Shown here one piece after another: positions 1 to 13,410 of a stretch of 64,000 nucleotides of DNA (position 1 is its first letter; each line of letters opens with the position of its first letter). The position numbers were made by a program, and so were the translations under genes. The notes beneath the pieces are model-generated. The model worked only from the letters and a program-made list of their open reading frames with translations, did not search any database and was not told the DNA's origin. The stretch lies in contig OZ024742.1 of the NCBI GenBank assembly GCA_964016885.1, positions 50,468,001-50,532,000 of the forward strand, written 5' to 3'. This stretch comes from Eledone cirrhosa (lineage: Eukaryota).

Positions 1-523
1 CTGTTGGTATCTGGATCCCGTTACTTCTGCTCAACCTACCCCTCTTCATCACAATGACTCCACATTTACCAATACCAAACTGCATACATATATCACTGCT
101 GAAAATACGGACAGTGTCAACAAGCACATCCAACTCCTTCTCACTTTTCCCGAAGAGCTGAAGATCGTCCATGAAGAGGAGGTGATTGATGGTAAGCTCT
201 CCCCTTCCCAACTTGTATCCTGCTCTCACTTTTCGCAGCATAATGGTCAAGGGCATCAGGGCAAGGACAAACAACAGAGGGGACAGGCTATCTCCCTGGA
301 AGATACCTCTCTTGATCTTCACGCTTCCCAAGGATACTCCAGTTGATGTCAACTCTGTCTCCCAGGACCCCATACTCCTGCCCAGCAACTGTCTGATGTT
401 ATCTGCCACCCTGAATATCTCCAGGCTTTTGGTGATCCAGGAATGAGGCACCATGTCAAATGCCTTTCTGTAGTCTATCCATCCCATGGCAAGATCAGTG
501 TGTCTCCTCCTGCAATTCCCCAT
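1..523 (-). mobile_element. R4/Dong-like RLE non-LTR retrotransposon, RT fragment, 5'-truncated at a (TTA)n tract; runs off the window edge
   Basis: Minus strand encodes ..[32 protein letters not shown]..; nearly identical to 52865-53385. Confidence 0.9.
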
Positions 524-525
524 TA

Positions 526-596
<71 letters not shown>
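523..596. repeat. (TTA)n microsatellite, Dong tail/target
   Basis: Direct reading. Confidence 0.95.
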
Positions 597-597
<1 letters not shown>

Positions 598-971
598 CTT
601 GAATCTCAGTCATTGATGTTAGTTAACTGGAAAGTCCGTTGGAAGGAATATCAAGCCACTACCTGCAGCCTCAGATATTCAGGACGTATCGGAGGGTTCT
701 TGCTGTTCCCAGCAAGCATGCCTTTTGAAGCGTTCCAAAAAGCGTGAACGGGCCAATTTTCTTTCACCATCCCTGGAAACTTTTGGAGATAGTCCCCAGT
801 GCGCCTATGACAATCGGGATCACTTTGACTTCATGGCAGTTCCAAATCCTTTTTACCTCCCACTTTAAGTCCTGGTATCGGTTAATTTTCTCCCTCTCCT
901 TCTCTTGCACTCTCGTGTCGAATGGGCAGGCCACATCCACAATCAGACACGATCTTTTTTCTTTGTCCACA
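596..971 (-). mobile_element. R4/Dong-like element, 3' end only (RLE endonuclease C-terminus + 3' UTR)
   Basis: ORF 764-970(-) CLIVDVACPFD..EKEREKINRYQDLK..IPIVIGALG; flanked by (TTA)n on both sides; near-identical to 51525-51900. Confidence 0.9.

Positions 972-1035
<64 letters not shown>
972..1035. repeat. (TTA)n microsatellite
   Basis: Direct reading. Confidence 0.95.
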
Positions 1036-1421
1036 GAATGCTGTGGTTGGCGGAGGCTCGGGTCTGTAAGGTATTGTAAATTTTGACCGATATGACAATT
1101 GTAAATTGTTTAAAACTTTAACCAAATTGTAGACAAACACACCCTCCTCCTCGTGAGAGGGGTCTTTCTACCCGTTATTTGGCCCTTCGGGGTTAAATAA
1201 CCGCTTATTGGGGTTTTGTGCCCAATATTTATTTTAAACAAAAAAAACAACACGGCCACGAAAAAGAATTTTCATAGGTCACTCCCACTCATTCCCTCTT
1301 CTTCTTCCTCAATCGTCACTACAGCAGAGAGAAGATTGTCTCTCTCCCTCCCTTCTCTTTCACAAGCGACGCCAGAAAAGAAAAATCACGTGCAAAGCGT
1401 GCAATATTTCTCCACGACGAC

Positions 1422-3350
1422 GATGACAACGACGAAAAAGGTGTTCGGGAAATACGAAAACCCATTACATTCGTCTGACGTCAGGAATAATAGTAGTAGC
1501 AGCCGTAATAACAGCAGCAGCAGCAACGGTAACAAGGAAAACAACAGTAGCAGCCGCAACAGCATCAGCAGCAGCATAAACAACAACAGCATTAGCAGCA
1601 ACAACAACAGCAGCAGCAGCAACAACAACAACCACAGCAACAGCGGCGGCGGCAGTAGTCGTAGTACCTGCAGCAACAACAAAAGTAACAGCAGCTCTGA
1701 CGACAACAACAACAACAACAGCAGCAAAGAAAAAACAATCTCTTTGCAGGTATCGCAAAGAACCTGGAAACCATCCTCATAACAAATGAGGAATTAGAGG
1801 AAGCAAAGAAGATGGTGACAAAAACCGGACACCGAGCTATCTGCAAGGTAGCCGAAAGATTTTTCGAAACCCAACAGCACTGTACGGTCATGTACCGTAC
1901 AGTAAGAACAAAATCCCATATGGTTGAAAGAGCCACAGAGGCTCAAATACAAAAAGCCTTAGGGTCTGTGTGGCAGCGGAAAACGCACATCACTCGAGGC
2001 AAGAAATATGCCACCGTAGACGTGCTTTTTGCCACACACCAGCAGGCAAAGGCTCAATCCTTAGTGACCCTAAGGAGCGAGGAAATGGTGTTGGTGCCCT
2101 CCTACTGCGGGCAAAAAATTGTGAGAGTTAAACTGACCCACGTCCCCCCCGGGATGGCCCCTTCTTGGCTGGCCGCGTCTGTCCTCGTCGGAATCGAGGA
2201 CAAAACAACTGTACTGCAAGTACAGAAAAAAGTAAGAGAAGATTGGGTCGGCACCTCCATTCGGATGTTAATCCAAACCAACCAGGAGTGCATCGAAGCT
2301 ATCCCGGATGTGATAGACTTCGATAAGGGCACTCAACTGCCCATAAGTGTTGAGGGCAAACGCCCGAAATGCTTTCGCTGTGGATCGAAGACTCACCCCA
2401 GGGCCTTCTGCAACGAGAAAACCCTGAGAAAGGAGAAAACCCCCCTCCTTCCGAAACCGGCTCAACGGCTACCAGCAACAGGACAAGCGGCAACCAGGAA
2501 CGATAGGTCCGCTGCACCCATACCCAAGCCACGGAAATCAAAAACAGCAGCAGCAGTGGAAGTATTAACAACAACAACAGCAATACCAAATGCAGCTGCA
2601 ACAGAGACTCCAGTGCAAGCATCACCAACAACAACAAGTGAAAGAGTGGAGCTGATACCCCTCAGAGACCTCAAAGAATGAGACATGGAGTGTGAGGTGG
2701 GAGAGGGATGGGAAAAGGTCGTAAGAAGGCACAAACGCAGAAGCAGCGCATCGTCGCCTTCTTAAAGGGAGGAAAGAAATGAAAAAAGGGTAAAGGCTAC
2801 TGCAAAGAGACTCACAGCAGCAACACCACTAACACCATCAGCAGGCACACTAGCACCACCATCACCACTGGCGACAACCCCACCGCCAACAACAGCTTCA
2901 ACACCACCACCACAAGCACCAACATCGCAAACACAACAACAAAACACACACACCCAGCAACAACGACAATAAAATAGCAGAACCACACCCCACACCCATA
3001 AAAACAAATGCGCGGCAATAAATACACTCAACAAGAAACTAATGACTTACATAATTGAGCACACAGACATTTCCCAGCACGACTACATAATACCAGCACC
3101 AATCAAAACGCCAACTAACATAACACTGCTAAAAATAGCACAGAAACAATACACAAACATTAAAACGAAATTCCCCAACGCAGTTGGTGATTTCAGGGAC
3201 CTAGGAGGAACTCTCAACCGGAGAGTATATTCGGACATACACATAGAAGAGCCGACGACCAGCCGAAGGGACGATTCAACGGTCCCTTCACCAGACGATC
3301 AAGTGAAAAGGGATGGAAAAACCATCCCTCCTCTACGAAAAGTACGGTAA
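1422..3350 (+). pseudogene. LINE ORF1 (N/S-rich N-terminus, gag-like CCHC knuckle, T/P-rich tail), frameshifted and stop-interrupted
   Basis: ORF 1812-2681 contains CFRCGSKTHPRAFC (CX2CX4HX4C); homologous to 46459-47208 (CFFCDDTTHLRAFC). Confidence 0.75.
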
Positions 3351-3385
3351 GTGGTCTTTCCCATCTTTTCAACACTATTTTAAAC

Positions 3386-6300
3386 ATGAACTCACTCAGA
3401 ATAGGCAGCATAAATGCGTGTGTCTTGAGGTCGTCATGGAAGCAGGGTCACCTGCTCAACGACCTCAGGCCACTAAACGTAGATGTAGTGGCCATCAGCG
3501 AGACTAGAATCTCGGAAGCACGGTCCTTCGCACCGACCTATGACGGCTACGATGTGTACGCATCTCCCAGCCGTTCTGGATCGGAGGGAGGAGTTGCTGT
3601 GATTTTTCGGAGAGGTTTGGATCTAGCCATACGGGCCATCTTCCTGGACCCAGAGGGTAAGTTGCTGGTGCTGGACGTGACCAGCGGAGACGGGCAAGCT
3701 TTCAGGCTAGTGGCCGTCTATGCCCCGACAAGAGCAGTGCGGCCTGATTTCTTACGGCGTCTGGAGACCTTTCTTGGAACGTCCCGCTCTTTAGTGTTAG
3801 TGGGCGACTGGAACGGGATCTTAGATGCACGCTGGAACTGTGTGGGTTCAGCGGATAGGGGTGGAGGGTGCAAGAGCTTCACCAACCTGCTCAGGCGTTT
3901 CGAACTGTCTGACAGGTACCGATTAGATGTCCCGAATGGGCCAATGTGGATTTGGACAAATCGCATAGGGTCATCCAGATCATATCTAGATAGAGTATTT
4001 TGTAGGGAAATAGATAGGTCTAGCATAGGCTGTCCACAATTCAAGATAGTCAGCTACACGGACCACAAATTCGAGATATGTGTGCTTGACTTAGATAGGC
4101 TTCATAGATGAGGACCCGGCTACTGGAAGCTAAACGCGTCCTTACCAGCGCGCAAGGCCTACAGAGACCGGATTAGCGAAGTAGTTAAGCGGGCGTTGAC
4201 GGGGGCCATCGTCAACAACAAGTGGTGGTTTGCTCTGAAAAGAGCGATTAGAATAGAATCCATTAGGTTTAGTAAGGCTTTAGCAATAGAGAAAAATAGA
4301 GCAGAGGGAGAACTAGTTAGAAAATTAGACGAGGCGCTTAGCAAAGGCATCGCGACCGACGTGCTTGCGGCTAAATTGGCCCTAGACCAATTCTTCAATG
4401 CAAAGCACGAAGTCTGCGTTGTCAGAGCTAGGGTGCGTGCTCTCAGACACGAGGGGACGAAAGCCGTTCATTGGGCCCGAGTGGCGGAGGCGCGTGGTGG
4501 AAACAAAGCCAGGATCTGGTCTTTGGTGGACCACGACGGGCGCATGCTACTCGATCCCGGGAAAATGTATGAAGCTTTTCAGCGACACTTCGCACAGCTG
4601 TTTGGTGGCAGCGGTGGGCCGGGTCGAGGGATGGACTTTAGTGTCTACCTCGACGGAATGCCGCGGCTCTCGGCCACTGAGACGGCGTGTTGCGAAAAGC
4701 CGATAACAGCCGCTGAAGTACGGGAGGCAATGACTGTCTGCACAATGGGTAAATCGCCTGGTTTGGATGGTCTGCCCTATGAACTTTACGTACAGATGCC
4801 AGACTTGTTCGGAGGCCTCTTGGCGGACGTCTACTGCAACTGGCAACAGAACGGGAGAATTCCCAGCTCTGTGAGCCGAGGAGCGGTGGCACTGCTGAGA
4901 AAACATCCGAACAAGGGGGATAACATAGATCATTTCAGGCCCATAACTCTGCTAAACACAGAGTTCAAGATTTTGACCAAGGTGCTAGCAAAGAGGTTGG
5001 CGCTTGTCGTTGGTGGACCGGTGGGAGAGGCGCAGACATGCGCCATTCAAGACAGATCCATCCACGACAACCTCCACCTCATGCGATACATCGTAGAGAG
5101 GGTAGCTAGGGAACCTAGCACGGGTGGGTCCTTGATCAATTTAGATCAGTCGAAAGCTTTCGATAGGCTCGACCATCGTTACCTAGCGGCAGCCCTGAGG
5201 GCGGCTGGCTTTGGGCCCGTCTTCAGAGGCTGGATCGCTGCCATGCACAGCGACATCTGCTCTGTGGTGAGAGTGAACGGTCACCTTTCGGAACCGTTCA
5301 ACATCATGCGCTCGGTCCGCCAACGATGACCCCTCTCGTCCCTCTTGTACGTATTGACTCTCGAGCCATAACTGCACAAACTGGAGACGTTGAGGGGCGT
5401 CCCGCGCGAACTAGGATACGGAAGATCCGTGTCAGCATATGCGGACGATGTCACCGTAGTGGTGTCGAACGACAAACACATCGAGGCGATCGGCACTACA
5501 CTAAGAGAATACGAAGCGGTGACAGGAGCAATGATCAACCAGTAAAAGTCAGTGGTACTGCAGCTCGGCACCTGGAGAGGCAGGTCCATGCCGTCCAGCA
5601 GCGTCGTCGGACGCTGGACGGACGGACCGGTTAAATTGGTAGTTGGTCTGGTTCGGTCCGGACCTCCAGACGGACAAAAACTGGGACGAGGTGACGAGCA
5701 GGGTGGCTTCTCTCACCTAGAAATGGGCGGAGAGGAAGCTATCCCTGAAAGGTAGAGCGGAGGGGGCTAACGCGTACTTCGCGTCTGTCAACTGCTACCG
5801 CCTGACCGTCGTACCTTGTCCTAACCCCGCCTGACTGCGCTGGAGTGTTTGCTCTTTCGCTTTTTGTGGAAGGGACGCGCTCCGATGGTCAGGCGGTCCA
5901 TCTGCTGTCAACACCAGCTACGTGGAGGGATGGGCATGCCATGGCTGATGATGCGCAGACACGCGCTCATGCTAAGACATCTCCACCTCTTACTCGACGG
6001 TGATCAGGTGTGGTCGCCGTTTGCTAGACACGTATTTCCCCAGCTCGTTTCCTTGACGGAGCTGCAGTCATGGGTCATGCGAAGACTGAGAGGGAGGGCC
6101 TGGAGACTGGAATGTCTTCAGGCGCTCACAGCCCTCGACCAATCGGGCAATGTGATCGGTGGGAACTCCATCTTGGCGTTCTATAGAGGATTAGTGGAGG
6201 AGAAGAGCGACGATGTACTTGGAGAAACTCTAGGCGTAGACGAAAATCAACTAGCCAATCTCTTCGGAAGAACTTTCGGGCCGGGACCTATGGATAAGTT

Positions 6301-6514
6301 CCAGAAATCTCTGGCCTGGCAGTGCTACCGAGGACCCTTGCCAGTTCGGGGTAAACTCTACAGGCATGGAGGTGCCGTCAGCCGGGCATGTCCGAGATGC
6401 GCGCAGGGCGACGAAACCATCCTGCACGCACTCGTCCAGTATCCGAAAATTGCTGACTTGTGGGTTTATGACCCGAGTGAATGGGCCTTCTCTGAGTACG
6501 TATCTATAAATTAA
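3386..6514 (+). pseudogene. LINE ORF2: AP endonuclease + reverse transcriptase + C-terminal zinc knuckle, with stops and frameshifts
   Basis: APE motifs ISET, VYAP, GDWN, SYLDR, YTDH (3386-4111); RT motifs KSPGLDG, FRPITLLN, LDQSKAFDR; YADD at 5438-5449; CPRC..ETILHAL in ORF 5849-6514. Confidence 0.9.
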
Positions 6515-6759
6515 AGGTGGAAAACTGGGAGAGGGCACTTGCCTTGGTTGTCAGGGTCACTGTGGCCTTTTACTGGGCTTTCTCCAGAAATATCCCTCCG
6601 AAGTCTTCCCCCTATTGGGGAATTTTTCATTGTTATTTTTTTGTTTCTTCCTCTGTTTTTTGTTTTTTACACGCAGAAATGCCCATTTGTACCGTCCTGT
6701 AGTGTCCTACACTGTCCTTAATATCTACTTTATGTAAACCCTTGTGGTTAATAATGAAA

Positions 6760-6872
6760 TTCTTCTTCTTCTTCTTCTTCTTCTTCTTCTTCTTCTTCTT
6801 CTTCTTCTTCTTCTTCTTCTTCTTCTTCTTCTTCTTCTTCTTCTTCTTCTTCTTCTTCTTCTTCTTCTTCTT

Positions 6873-6902
<30 letters not shown>
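6760..6902. repeat. (TTC)n microsatellite, probably the (GAA)n tail of the adjacent minus-strand RTE
   Basis: Direct reading. Confidence 0.95.
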
Positions 6903-6903
<1 letters not shown>

Positions 6904-7600
6904 AGAGGGTCGTTATGGAAGAGTCCTCAAACACTCCGTACAGCGAGTCCTGTTATTAGCAACTGTCGCCAAATGATCTGACTGGATCGCCAAGTGAGAC
7001 CAGCCAAGCTTATGGATGTCATCCAACCATTGTGAACGGGGTCTACCACTGGGTCTCCTGCTTGTTTGTTTTACCTGTTAAATCTGTCCAGCAATTCTTC
7101 GCTGGGACATTCTAACCACATCCCCATAGTATCGGAGTTGTGCTCTCTCAATTCGGAGAGGTAGTGGCTCTAACTTGAGTGAATCTCTGATCTCCGAACT
7201 ACGCAATCTATCGAGGACCATTCCTTCAAGGACCCTTAGGAGGAACCCTGTTTCGGCTGCTTGCATTCGCGATCGTATTAATTCAATACTTACCCAAGAT
7301 TCATGACGATAAATAAGGGTTGGCACGAATGATAATAAGTTTGGCTTTTACACATATCTCCCTTCTTCAGATTACTTAATGCTTGGGCTGGTGCATTACT
7401 GCCTAAAGTCCTGCAATTCTTGCACTTAATTCAGCATCCTGACTTCCACCACTAGTGAACACGGCTCCGAGATACTTGAACTTCTCTGCATGTAAAGTGA
7501 ACTTCTCTGCGCAAGTTTCACTGAGAGGACGAGTGCCTCAGTTTCTGTAGATATTCATTCCAGTCATGCAGCACTCGACATGAAGCAAGTCGGAGATCAC
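6903..7600 (-). mobile_element. RTE-like LINE 3' fragment, degenerate
   Basis: ORF 7078-7326(-) PTLIY..ESW..QAAE..FLLRV..LDR.RSSEIR..QLRYYG.V.RM; EKFKYLG upstream; (GAA)n tail. Confidence 0.7.
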
Positions 7601-7717
7601 ATTCTAGCGTATTAAAAACACCATGCCACCTGCAAATTCCAACCGACTGGTTCTACACCCTCCAGTCGTGATGCCACTTCCAACCCGACCGCGGATTTTA
7701 GTCCTGGTCATGAACAT

Positions 7718-7903
7718 AATTGTTTCTACTTTTGGCACAAGGCCAGCAAAACCCAGTGTATTACTGGTACTTTATTTTATCGACTCCGTAAGGATGAAAG
7801 GCAAAGTTAACGTCGGCGGGATTTGAACTCAGAATGGCAAGGGCCGTAACTCAATGCGTCAAATTATGGCGTCCGACCCTCTACCGATACTGCCAATCCA
7901 CCG
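7718..7903 (-). mobile_element. tRNA-derived SINE (octopus OK/OR-like)
   Basis: Box A TGGCAGTATCGG, box B GAGTTCAAATCC, body GCCTTTCATCCTT..GTCGATAAAATAAAGTACCAG, end GCCAAAAGTAGAAACAATT. Confidence 0.85.
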
Positions 7904-8171
7904 AAAATAATGAACAGGAGAGGTGACAGTACGCACCTTTGGAGGAGTCCGATACCTACATTGAACGGTTTCGACAAAAATTACTCGTATGTAGAGCGAA
8001 TGCATTTATATTACTAATTCTCTACTATTATCGATACTGATAGACTGTTAGTAATGTTCATTTTGGGACTCTCACATTCTTAAATTTCAAACATTCCTGG
8101 TGCTTCGATTGTTCATCATGTTTATCATATTAATATATTTCAAATAAAATAATAGGTATTTATTATTTAAG

Positions 8172-8346
8172 TAACTGTTTCTACTTTTGGCACAAGGCCA
8201 GCAATTACCTCACTGCATTACTGGTACATTATTTTATCGGCCGCGTAAGGATGAAAGGCAAAGTTAAACTGGGCAGGATTTGTACTCAGAACACAAAGGG
8301 CCATAACTCTATGCTGCAAAGCATGGTGTCTGCCAATTCACTGCCC
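8172..8346 (-). mobile_element. tRNA-derived SINE, same family
   Basis: Aligns to 10911-11100. Confidence 0.8.
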
Positions 8347-9117
8347 TTGTTATTTAAGTAATAGTATTGTAAATTATACTGACTAGTTCAGGATTTATCT
8401 ACATCTTGCTTAGTATATATTGCCATACTCATAAAATAACTTTCTGTACTCAGTCATAGGAGTAGTCATAGTTTTATGAGAGAAGCATATTTGACAAAAT
8501 GCTTAAAGTTTATTTCTTGCAGATGTTATTTTTTATATAATATTTTATATTATTTTGTGTAGTTGAAATTGTGTAAAATCCTAACACACCATCCATTCAC
8601 AGCAACATTTCTACTTTGAAATCTCTACATTAAATTCACCTTAAAATTACGAGTAGTATTAAAGAAACATTTATTTCAGGAAAAAAGGAAGAAAAATATA
8701 TTGAGAAATGCAATATTTATTTTCCTGTTTGTATATTACATACAACGAAAAAATAAGCAAGAAGAAACAAAACTGTCACTTGTATGAATGCTATAAGCAT
8801 TTGATATCCTTTCAACCCCCCCCCCATCCACACACACATATACATACAGAGGGAGCAGAGAGAAAGTAGAAGTAACAGATACTGTGTAAATTTGTATATA
8901 AATTTACATGTATTTGGTATATAGACATGCAAACATGCCAGATACACATATTCCCCTGTAAACTGAAGGTTGATAAACAACATTAACTGGTTTTCAGGCT
9001 TAGTTGGCTTTCATCCGAAATGATCATTTACAGGGAAATATGAATATTTGTAATGCTTGTATATCTAAATATGAAATGTGTAAATATATGCAACTTTAAA
9101 GCGTCGCGATTACGTCA

Positions 9118-9167
<50 letters not shown>

Positions 9168-9172
<5 letters not shown>

Positions 9173-9210
9173 ACACTTTGGGAGGGTCATGTTGCCAATA
9201 AGAAACGATA
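9168..9210. mobile_element. Minimal PLE end-fragment (family of 19619-21826) in (TA)n
   Basis: TTGTTACACTTTGGGAGGGTCATGTTGCCAATAAGAAACGA matches the 19619 arm terminus joined to the tail terminus (24135-24143). Confidence 0.7.
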
Positions 9211-9409
9211 TATATATATAAATATGAAACGATATATATATATAAATATATATATATACCGATAAACCTTTATTATAGACTTCAGCTGTGTAACCCAAAA
9301 ACTATATATATATATGTGTGTATTTAAAAGGTAAACAGAAATAACATCACAATCGGTACAGTATATGAAAGGAATATATTAGGTTAGCACTTGAAATAGC
9401 AAGAAGAAG

Positions 9410-9447
9410 TTCTTAACGTTTCGGACGCTAGTCTTTCATCAGAAGAA
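9410..9447 (-). ncRNA. Minimal hammerhead ribozyme motif (type I, PLE-type)
   Basis: Minus strand TTCTT-CTGATGA-AAGAC-TAGC-GTCC-GAAA-CGTTA-AGAA. Confidence 0.6.
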
Positions 9448-9672
9448 AAAATGAGAAATTAGAAAGATTGTAGGGACGGCTCGGGCAGGATTGGGACGCT
9501 TGTTTTTAGAGACAAATAACAGATTCTTCCATATTGCCATATCTTGGAAATCTGTTGATGTTGGCGTTTTGTGTATGATATACCTTTTTAGAAATGGAAA
9601 AAAAAAAAAAGTCTTGTATATAGAGCTATATGTGTGCGCGTGCGTATATATATATATATATGCATATATGCA

Positions 9673-9744
<72 letters not shown>

Positions 9745-9879
9745 TGTGTGTGTCTGCGTGTGTGTCTGTATATATGTGTGTGTGTTTTCTTCGCTTATTT
9801 CAATGGGTATAACGGAGTACACTACGAACATTATATAAATAGTCTGAGCATAGCGGTGGAATTTATGGGATAACTTTAC

Positions 9880-10228
9880 CGTACAACAGAGAAATTTGTT
9901 TGAGTATCTGCTCTGCATGAGCAAACAGAGAATATTGCTGCAACCCTAGAATTACGGAGGTATTGTGTGTAGGAGGCAAAGTAGACCAATCAAAATCTGT
10001 TTGAATTCTGTGTACAAACACCTGTAAGGCATTTGTATGGCCTGGGAGCAGGTCAGTAATAAGGCTTCGAAATGAATGGAATCTATATTTCTTGTGACCC
10101 AATGTTGAGTAGGGAGTAAACAGAAATGAAGAAGAAGAAGAAGAAGAAGAAGAAGAAGAAGAAGAAGAAGAAGAAGAAGAAGAAGAAGAAGAAGAAGAAG
10201 AAGAAGAAGAAGAAGAAGAAGAAGAAGA
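9880..10228 (+). mobile_element. Probable RTE-like LINE 3' end with (GAA)n tail (10128-10228)
   Basis: Degenerate coding-like segment followed by a long GAA tract, the same arrangement as 6760-7600. Confidence 0.45.
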
Positions 10229-10654
10229 CAATATGTCACCAGTTGACATGGCAGCTAGCCATACTCTACAGAAGTGGTCTCACATTATGCTAATCTGTAG
10301 CCGGACATCTATGCAATAACACGTTCAATCTCTTATGTTCTCTCGTTGATCAGCCGATAATAATCACTATCAGTTACAACGGCTATACAAGTGACAATTA
10401 CATAAGCAACTAAAGAATCAATATTTATAAAAAAATGACCGTCTTCTGTGACATCTGCTGCATCATCATCAGCGTAAATAGCACCATTAACTCCAACGAT
10501 AGACACTATGAGGTTCAACATTCTACGCAGTATGGTTATATTGCCTTCTACCTACAGCATACACTATCATGATAAGATATATCGGATTCTGTTGTCGGGA
10601 GGACAACAGTACGTTTGATATCTCTGCCCAATCAAGGTTGACCTCAGGTAAATA

Positions 10655-10892
10655 ATGATTTCTAGTTGAGGGACAAGGCCAGTAATTTCGCGGGAGGGGT
10701 AAGTCGATGAAATCGACCTCAGTACGTTACTGGTGTTTTATTTTATGGACCCCGTAGTTAACCTTGGTTAACTTTACCTTTCATCCTTACGAGGTCGATA
10801 AAATAAAGTACCAGTCAAGCACTGGGTCGATTTAATCGACTTTCCCCTCAGCTAAAATGTCTGTCCTTGTGCCTATATAAGAAACCATTATT
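10655..10892. mobile_element. Two 5'-truncated SINE copies head-to-head (10655-10763 minus; 10766-10892 plus), subfamily with the GTCGATTTAATCGAC segment
   Basis: Shared SINE body motifs in opposite orientations. Confidence 0.7.
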
Positions 10893-10910
10893 ATGTATAT
10901 GTATAAGAAA

Positions 10911-11100
10911 GGCGGTGGATTGGCAGTATCGGTAGAGGGTCGGATGCCATGCTTTGAAGCATAGAGTTAACTCCCTGTATGATCTGAGTTCAAATCCCGC
11001 CGAGGTTAACTTTGCCTTTCATCCTTCCGGGGTCGATAAAATAAAGTACCAGTAATGCACTGGGTAATTGCTGGCCTTGTGCCAAAAGTAGAAACAATTA
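10911..11100 (+). mobile_element. Full-length tRNA-derived SINE
   Basis: GGCGGTGGATTGGCAGTATCGGTAG (box A) ... GAGTTCAAATCCCGCC (box B) ... GCCAAAAGTAGAAACAATTA. Confidence 0.9.
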
Positions 11101-11621
11101 TGTATATGTATAATGATCATTTTTAACAATAACAACATCACCAAGATGGAAACCACAACTAGCAACACAATTATGAAATTAATTTTAAAAGATACCAGTT
11201 GGACACTACCATACACATACTAGTTATTTATTGACGTTGTCTCGTTATCAGGCCGTGAAAATAATTAGACTTTATTTAATATTTTCAGCAAGCTTTTTCT
11301 CGCGTGGGTTTACGTTAATTTCGAGTAAATTAAGAGATAAATTGAGCCATCAAAGGGAAATACTAACATTTTCTTACTTGCATGACTAGAATGTATTATC
11401 TGCATACGAGTACAGAATGTAATGGAGTGGGTGATAGAGTAAGTAATAGAGTTAGTAAGAGTGAAAATGAGTGTGTGAGAGAGACATAGAGGGGGAGAGA
11501 GAGTGAGAGAATGAACTATAGTGTAAAACAAAATTTGAAAGAGGACAATGTGTGTGTGCGTGTATATGTGTAGGTGTGTCGGTATTCGCGTGTATATATG
11601 TGTATGAAAGAGATATATAGA

Positions 11622-11655
<34 letters not shown>

Positions 11656-12376
11656 TAATGTGTACCCCGTGATTCCTGAATGCAGTGGTTCTTCAGCCAT
11701 TGCTACAGACCAATAAGAGTTGCATTACATATCTGTTGCATACATATATTAATTGCTGGCTCCACTCCATTCAGCTGTGAAATACTACTATATATATTAA
11801 ACGACGTAGTTCAATGAAAATTGACATTCTGGAGATCTATTTTATCTATTTTGTGTCTAAGGGCAAGTAAGCGGCTGCTGACTAACGATTATGACTGAAA
11901 TATCTGCATCCACCACGCTTACCCTGGTAGTGAGATAGCTGTGACATGAATCCAGCTTAGAATACATAGAGGGTGATTAAATATGTGGTATTTATAAATA
12001 ACCATATTTTATGCAAGTACAGATATGCCTTTTTCATGATACTATAAGCATCGGGAAAATGTCCATCCAGTTCTGAAACGGAGAAAAATAAGCTGGTATA
12101 ATATATTATAAACCGTTTACGTTACACTGAAGGTAACTAGAAACCCAGTATCTCCTGTACAATGACATTTCACGCTGACACACAAGAAAACAATATTTTT
12201 CAAAGAGAATCTTAAAGTCAATAATTTCCTTTTGGTCAATATCGTTTCCCAGAACACGCATTACACTCAAATGTAAATATTTTACATTTACACACACGCA
12301 CACACACACAAACACAAACACACATACAGACACACACAAACACACATACACACACATATACACACATACACATTTA

Positions 12377-12421
<45 letters not shown>

Positions 12422-12641
12422 CAAGATACATGCATATACATACATGTACAATTACAAAGGTATATACACACATACCTACATAAATTTAGATATTCATACA
12501 TGCATCACTTCTCTCACTCTTGCTCTCTCCACTTATCGCTAGTTATGAATCTTTCTGTACATACATATATATATTCCTATACACACTCTCACAAATACAT
12601 ACACACACACATCACACAGACACACACACACACACACACAT

Positions 12642-12674
<33 letters not shown>

Positions 12675-13261
12675 ACGACAGAGAGAGATGTGGGGGGGGG
12701 GGGGCAACGAAAGAGTGATACATGCAAAGATGATACATACGCATCAACAGACACGATGACACATACACAAACACGTAGTCAGAGATGCTTGCTTACTGTT
12801 AGGATATGCATAAAACAGAAGAATGAAGATGTTTATTCAATATAACCATTACACCTTGAAGATGTGGCTTCTAATTTCGAAGTGTTAATATCTGATTTTC
12901 ACGCTAGCTGACTTCAAGGATAATTTGAGTGTTTACTGACGCTATTTGTATTTAAAAACATTTATTTCCCCAGATCATTTGCTATCAAAATATGTTGTAA
13001 CATTTATGATATCACTGTAGTGGCAATCAATATCAAACAATTCTTTCTACAGAAAACCACGGTAATATTCTCAGTTGTCACACCGAAAGAAAATCGAAAA
13101 TAATGAAATATCTTAATTCACACCAGCAGTAAAACCCGGCGATGGTTGGGAAAGACATTCCTCGGTCGGTGGAAAATAATGATTTTAAATTTGGCAAAAT
13201 ATCAACAAATTGTGGGAAGGGAAACTTGATAACTTGAAACTTGATAACTTGATAACACCAC

Positions 13262-13410
13262 TTCATTACTGGTACATTATATTTTCAGCCGGGGAAGGAA
13301 AAAATAGCAAAGTTACTTATGGTGTGATTTGAACCCACAACGTAAAATCCGGAAAAAATGAGGCGAAGCATCTTTTCTGACACTCCAACGTCTTTACCAG
13401 TTCACCACAC
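13262..13410 (-). mobile_element. Diverged SINE copy
   Basis: GGGTTCAAATC box B and GTACCAGTAATG on the minus strand. Confidence 0.55.

Larger units (their letters stand above)
1036..6760 (+). mobile_element. Near full-length Tx1/L1-clade LINE with disrupted ORFs
   Basis: 5' UTR, zinc-knuckle ORF1, APE-RT-CCHC ORF2, T-rich 3' UTR ending ..AATAATGAAAT. Confidence 0.88.

Noticed and set aside
10911-11000. tRNA gene
   Set aside because: Box A/B are present but over-spaced, there is no cloverleaf, and a SINE body follows in ~14 copies, so this is a SINE head.
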